From sequence record DRR723986_22525: a DNA stretch of 20,000 bases; one strand, given 5' to 3'. Numbering within the stretch: position 1 is the first letter of the stretch; each line of letters begins with the position of its first letter. The position numbers and the translations under genes were made by a program. The notes beneath the pieces were generated by a model, which was not told the origin of the DNA, searched no databases, and saw nothing but the letters and a program-made list of their open reading frames with translations. Positions 17,112 to 20,000 of the stretch are shown piece by piece.

Positions 17112-18356
17112 ATGGAATATAAAATGAAGCATGGTGGTGGCCAATTGATAGGCCTATTGGGTCTATATTTTATCACAATTCTCTATTCACATGCCCAAGC
17201 AGGCCAGAATGTCCAACCTGCTTTTGAACCTATTTCATTAAACACTCCCGTTTATATACAGCCTTTTGAACTTACGGAATCATTTGATGGTTTAGTCCAG
17301 CTTGTCACGCACCAGCCCAATTATGATCTCAACGGATATACTCTTAAATGGTCAATTGAAAAAATTGATTCATGGAACGGCAAACAATCGCTTTTTACCA
17401 ATCAGATCGCATTAGGGAAATATATTACTGAGCGGAATAACACGGTATCGCTTGGACTTCCCGCTAATTGGACCGACGGAGATTTACTTAATTTATCATT
17501 GATGGATACTAGTTCGGTAGTTTTATACTCACTATCTGAACCTATTCGTAAACCAAAAGAAGGAAATCAAAGCTATTTTAAGCAACGGTCAGTGCTAGAT
17601 AATCAGAAGATCCGTGTTCGGGAATCTACCCTTGATTTCCAGGTCATAGTGGGTGAGACCTTGTATATTTTTGGCAAAGAAAATGGGAACTTGCAGCTGG
17701 TAAAGATTGGGACGAGATTTATCAATTTCAGCCAAAACATAGAGGCTGGTCACTTTTCCGCAAAGGTTCAGAAATTGACTTGGAAGCGATTAAAAGATGG
17801 GGCAATTCAAATTAGGTCGACTTACGAGGGTAATTCAAATATCCTTACTTGGACTGTTTTTCCCAATTCAGAATTAAAAATGGAAATATCTTCTCCCGAG
17901 TCAATTGCTGATTTGGAAGGAATAGAATTTTCCTTTCCTGAAGAAAAAGTAGAAAAAACTCAATGGATCGGAGAGGGGAGGCATGAGTTAAGTGAAGTGG
18001 GTACTTTTGGGCTTTGGATACAAAACCCTCAAGACCTATTAGCGCAATCACCAATTGACTCCCGGTTAAAAGTTGCGGCTGATATACACGCTTTCCTGCT
18101 GGATACTGATGAGGGCTCAATTGAGGTAAGGAGTGAAACACCTAATATTAACTTGAGCCTTGATCGAGTTGATGAAAAAGATATGACGATGGGTAATGGT
18201 TCATTGTTAGATTCAGCTTCCGCGATAAATTTTCACTTCACTATTCAAAATGACTATCCGCAGTATTATTCCATATCGGAGTCTGTAATTCCTTTGAATA
18301 AAAAGAATGCAGAAGAGACACCTCCTCATATGGTGTTATTGCTGAGGTTCAATTAA
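17112..18356 (+). CDS. Secreted hypothetical protein resembling the non-catalytic C-terminal domains of GH2 beta-galactosidases
   Basis: SPI-like signal (..LYSHA/QA); segments PVYIQPF..FDG, LPANW, GIEFSFPEEKV...WIGEG and GTFGLW recall the post-TIM-barrel part of Bacteroidota GH2 enzymes. CDS is firm; the family link is from memory. Confidence 0.6.
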   Translation: MEYKMKHGGGQLIGLLGLYFITILYSHAQAGQNVQPAFEPISLNTPVYIQPFELTESFDGLVQLVTHQPNYDLNGYTLKWSIEKIDSWNGKQSLFTNQIALGKYITERNNTVSLGLPANWTDGDLLNLSLMDTSSVVLYSLSEPIRKPKEGNQSYFKQRSVLDNQKIRVRESTLDFQVIVGETLYIFGKENGNLQLVKIGTRFINFSQNIEAGHFSAKVQKLTWKRLKDGAIQIRSTYEGNSNILTWTVFPNSELKMEISSPESIADLEGIEFSFPEEKVEKTQWIGEGRHELSEVGTFGLWIQNPQDLLAQSPIDSRLKVAADIHAFLLDTDEGSIEVRSETPNINLSLDRVDEKDMTMGNGSLLDSASAINFHFTIQNDYPQYYSISESVIPLNKKNAEETPPHMVLLLRFN

Positions 18357-18477
18357 TAACTTATCCTACTGTAAACGGATTATTTTACGATACTTCAATT
18401 TCATGTTCACCTTTTTTTTTACCTAGTCCAACTGAAATTAGGTAAGAGGTTTTGCCATGCAAGCATAGCATCAATCA

Positions 18478-19500
18478 CTATTTTTCCTTAGACATATCCT
18501 GAGTAACATCTTCTTCCTCTCCTTCGGGCAATGGATCTTTTGGGGCAGGAACGAAATCACCCTTGAGTACTACTTCTTTTTTTTTTACCCTAGAATAATG
18601 TTTTCTAGGAATAATTCCGTAGCCGTACCTTATTGAAAACACTTTGGTAAATTCTGCTCCATAAAAGAAGATTAAACAAGAATATGAAACCCAAAGTAGA
18701 ACCAATATAATTGATCCCGCAGCTCCATAAGTGGATCCAGGTTCAGCTGCACCAAAGTAAATACCTAAAAGGAATTTGGAAATGGAAAAGAGGAAAGAGG
18801 TAAGAAAGGCACCTACCCAAACAGATTTCCATTTGATAATTGCATCAGGTAAATACTTGAATATCAAAGCAAAGAGTAAAGCAATGACTCCATAGGAAAT
18901 AGCAAAATCAACCACAAATGCGAAAACAACAACGAATTCAGGCAATATGCTTTTTATAAAATCACTGAAAAAGGAGAGCAAAGCGGTGAGTACGAAACTG
19001 ATAAATAGCAAAAAACCTAATACTAGTACAAAGCTAAAACTGACTGCACGCTCCCATAACACATAATACCATTTTACTTCGTCTGATTGTTTCAGACCCC
19101 AAATGTCGTTAATCGAAATTTTCAGATGAAAGAAAACTCCCGAAGCTCCAAAAATCAATACGCCTATACCAATGATCGAAGCGACTACAGATTTACCACT
19201 GCTTTGGGTTTCCTCTACCATACTTATCAGAAACTCTGCTGTTTCAGGACCCATGGCAGAAGAAAGCTCATCGTTGAGTTGTCCTGTCACCAGATCAACT
19301 CCCCAGATCGATCCTACGGTATTTATCACGATCACCATCAGGGCAGGTAGGGACAGTACAGCGTAATATGCTACCACAGCGCTAAGTCTCCATGGATCTG
19401 CGGCGTTCCATTGTTTGAAACTCTCTACCACCAAGCTGGGGATGTGAGTGATTTTAAATCGGGTAGGGGTCAAGTTTCCCATAGTTTTTTCGGTCTTCAT
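18478..19500 (-). CDS. YihY/virulence factor BrkB-family membrane protein
   Basis: A.VAYY..LSLP, LFALIFKYLPD, YGAAGS...LLWV.YS..I...GAEF. Confidence 0.93.
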   Translation of the reverse strand: MKTEKTMGNLTPTRFKITHIPSLVVESFKQWNAADPWRLSAVVAYYAVLSLPALMVIVINTVGSIWGVDLVTGQLNDELSSAMGPETAEFLISMVEETQSSGKSVVASIIGIGVLIFGASGVFFHLKISINDIWGLKQSDEVKWYYVLWERAVSFSFVLVLGFLLFISFVLTALLSFFSDFIKSILPEFVVVFAFVVDFAISYGVIALLFALIFKYLPDAIIKWKSVWVGAFLTSFLFSISKFLLGIYFGAAEPGSTYGAAGSIILVLLWVSYSCLIFFYGAEFTKVFSIRYGYGIIPRKHYSRVKKKEVVLKGDFVPAPKDPLPEGEEEDVTQDMSKEK

Positions 19501-20000
19501 TAGCTCTCACTTTGGTTAGATGAAAAGCCATTTTTTTGGGTACTAGAGAGTGACTCCAGTTGTTTATCTAACTGCACACCACCTTTGATTCCAAAGTCCA
19601 ACGTACGTATTGGGAATGGAATCATAATATCATTTTTGTCGAATGCTTTCTTGAGGGAAATAATAGCTTCATTTCTTACAGGTATAAAATCCTTGCTAAC
19701 CTCATTGAACTTGCACCAAATATTCAAAGTGAAGTTGATAGAACTATCGCCGAACCCAGTCCAAAAAAGTGTAGGTTCCTCCGATTCAAGTCGACTAGAC
19801 ACATTCTTTGCAGCTTCTAGAGCAATTCTTTCCACTTGCTCCAGATCTTCACCATAGCTCACCCCACATTCTATTTGAACTCTACGTTTTTCAAATTCAG
19901 TGAAATTAGTAAAGCATTCCTGGAACAGGTATCTATTAGGAACGTAAACTATAGGGCCATTATAGGTTCTGATTTTGGTTACCCTTAGATTGATATCAAT
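19500..20000 (-). CDS. Small-conductance mechanosensitive channel (MscS family), 5'-truncated by the window edge
   Basis: Frame is open to 20000 (IDINLRVTKIRTYNGPIVYVPN...RRVQIECGVSYG...FGDSSINF...IPFPIRTLDF). Its stop overlaps the YihY start (TAATG). Confidence 0.93.
   Translation of the reverse strand: MDINLRVTKIRTYNGPIVYVPNRYLFQECFTNFTEFEKRRVQIECGVSYGEDLEQVERIALEAAKNVSSRLESEEPTLFWTGFGDSSINFTLNIWCKFNEVSKDFIPVRNEAIISLKKAFDKNDIMIPFPIRTLDFGIKGGVQLDKQLESLSSTQKNGFSSNQSES

Noticed and set aside
18250-18262. 13-bp inverted match ATGACTATCCGCA to 9132-9144
   Set aside because: It lies inside a CDS, and isolated 13-mer matches are expected by chance in a 20-kb window read on both strands.
346-19857. 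Short ORF-track entries antisense or out of frame within larger genes (e.g. 346-576, 920-1132, 3209-3430, 9812-10147, 12482-12772, 19585-19857)
   Set aside because: They overlap well-supported genes and have no recognisable motifs; treated as shadow ORFs.

Overview
AT-rich chromosomal window from a Bacteroidota bacterium, probably Cyclobacteriaceae/Algoriphagus-like (inferred from gene content, lipoprotein signals, TAnnTTTG promoters and weak SD motifs). Mostly housekeeping and metabolic genes: partial OmpA-domain protein, Tat-exported Gfo/Idh/MocA oxidoreductase divergent from a GH20 hexosaminidase, AlsT-type symporter plus glycerate kinase, DUF6526-like protein, stand-alone receiver, DUF4136-like lipoprotein, dCMP deaminase, murB, M14 ASPA/AstE hydrolase, egtB-egtD, beta-propeller lipoprotein, phosphohexomutase, a secreted protein resembling only the C-terminal half of a GH2 enzyme, YihY protein and partial MscS. 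No mobile element, CRISPR array, tRNA or rRNA was seen. The most unusual signals are two small minus-strand ORFs missed by the ORF track (a 59-aa peptide with 37 Asp/Glu and no basic residue at 7304-7483, and a 49-aa single-TM protein at 7093-7242, ending at a terminator that abuts the next gene), the catalytic-domain-less GH2-like protein, the oxidoreductase/GH20 pair with palindromes between them, and a type II-like EgtB. Family assignments are from motif recognition and memory, not database searches.
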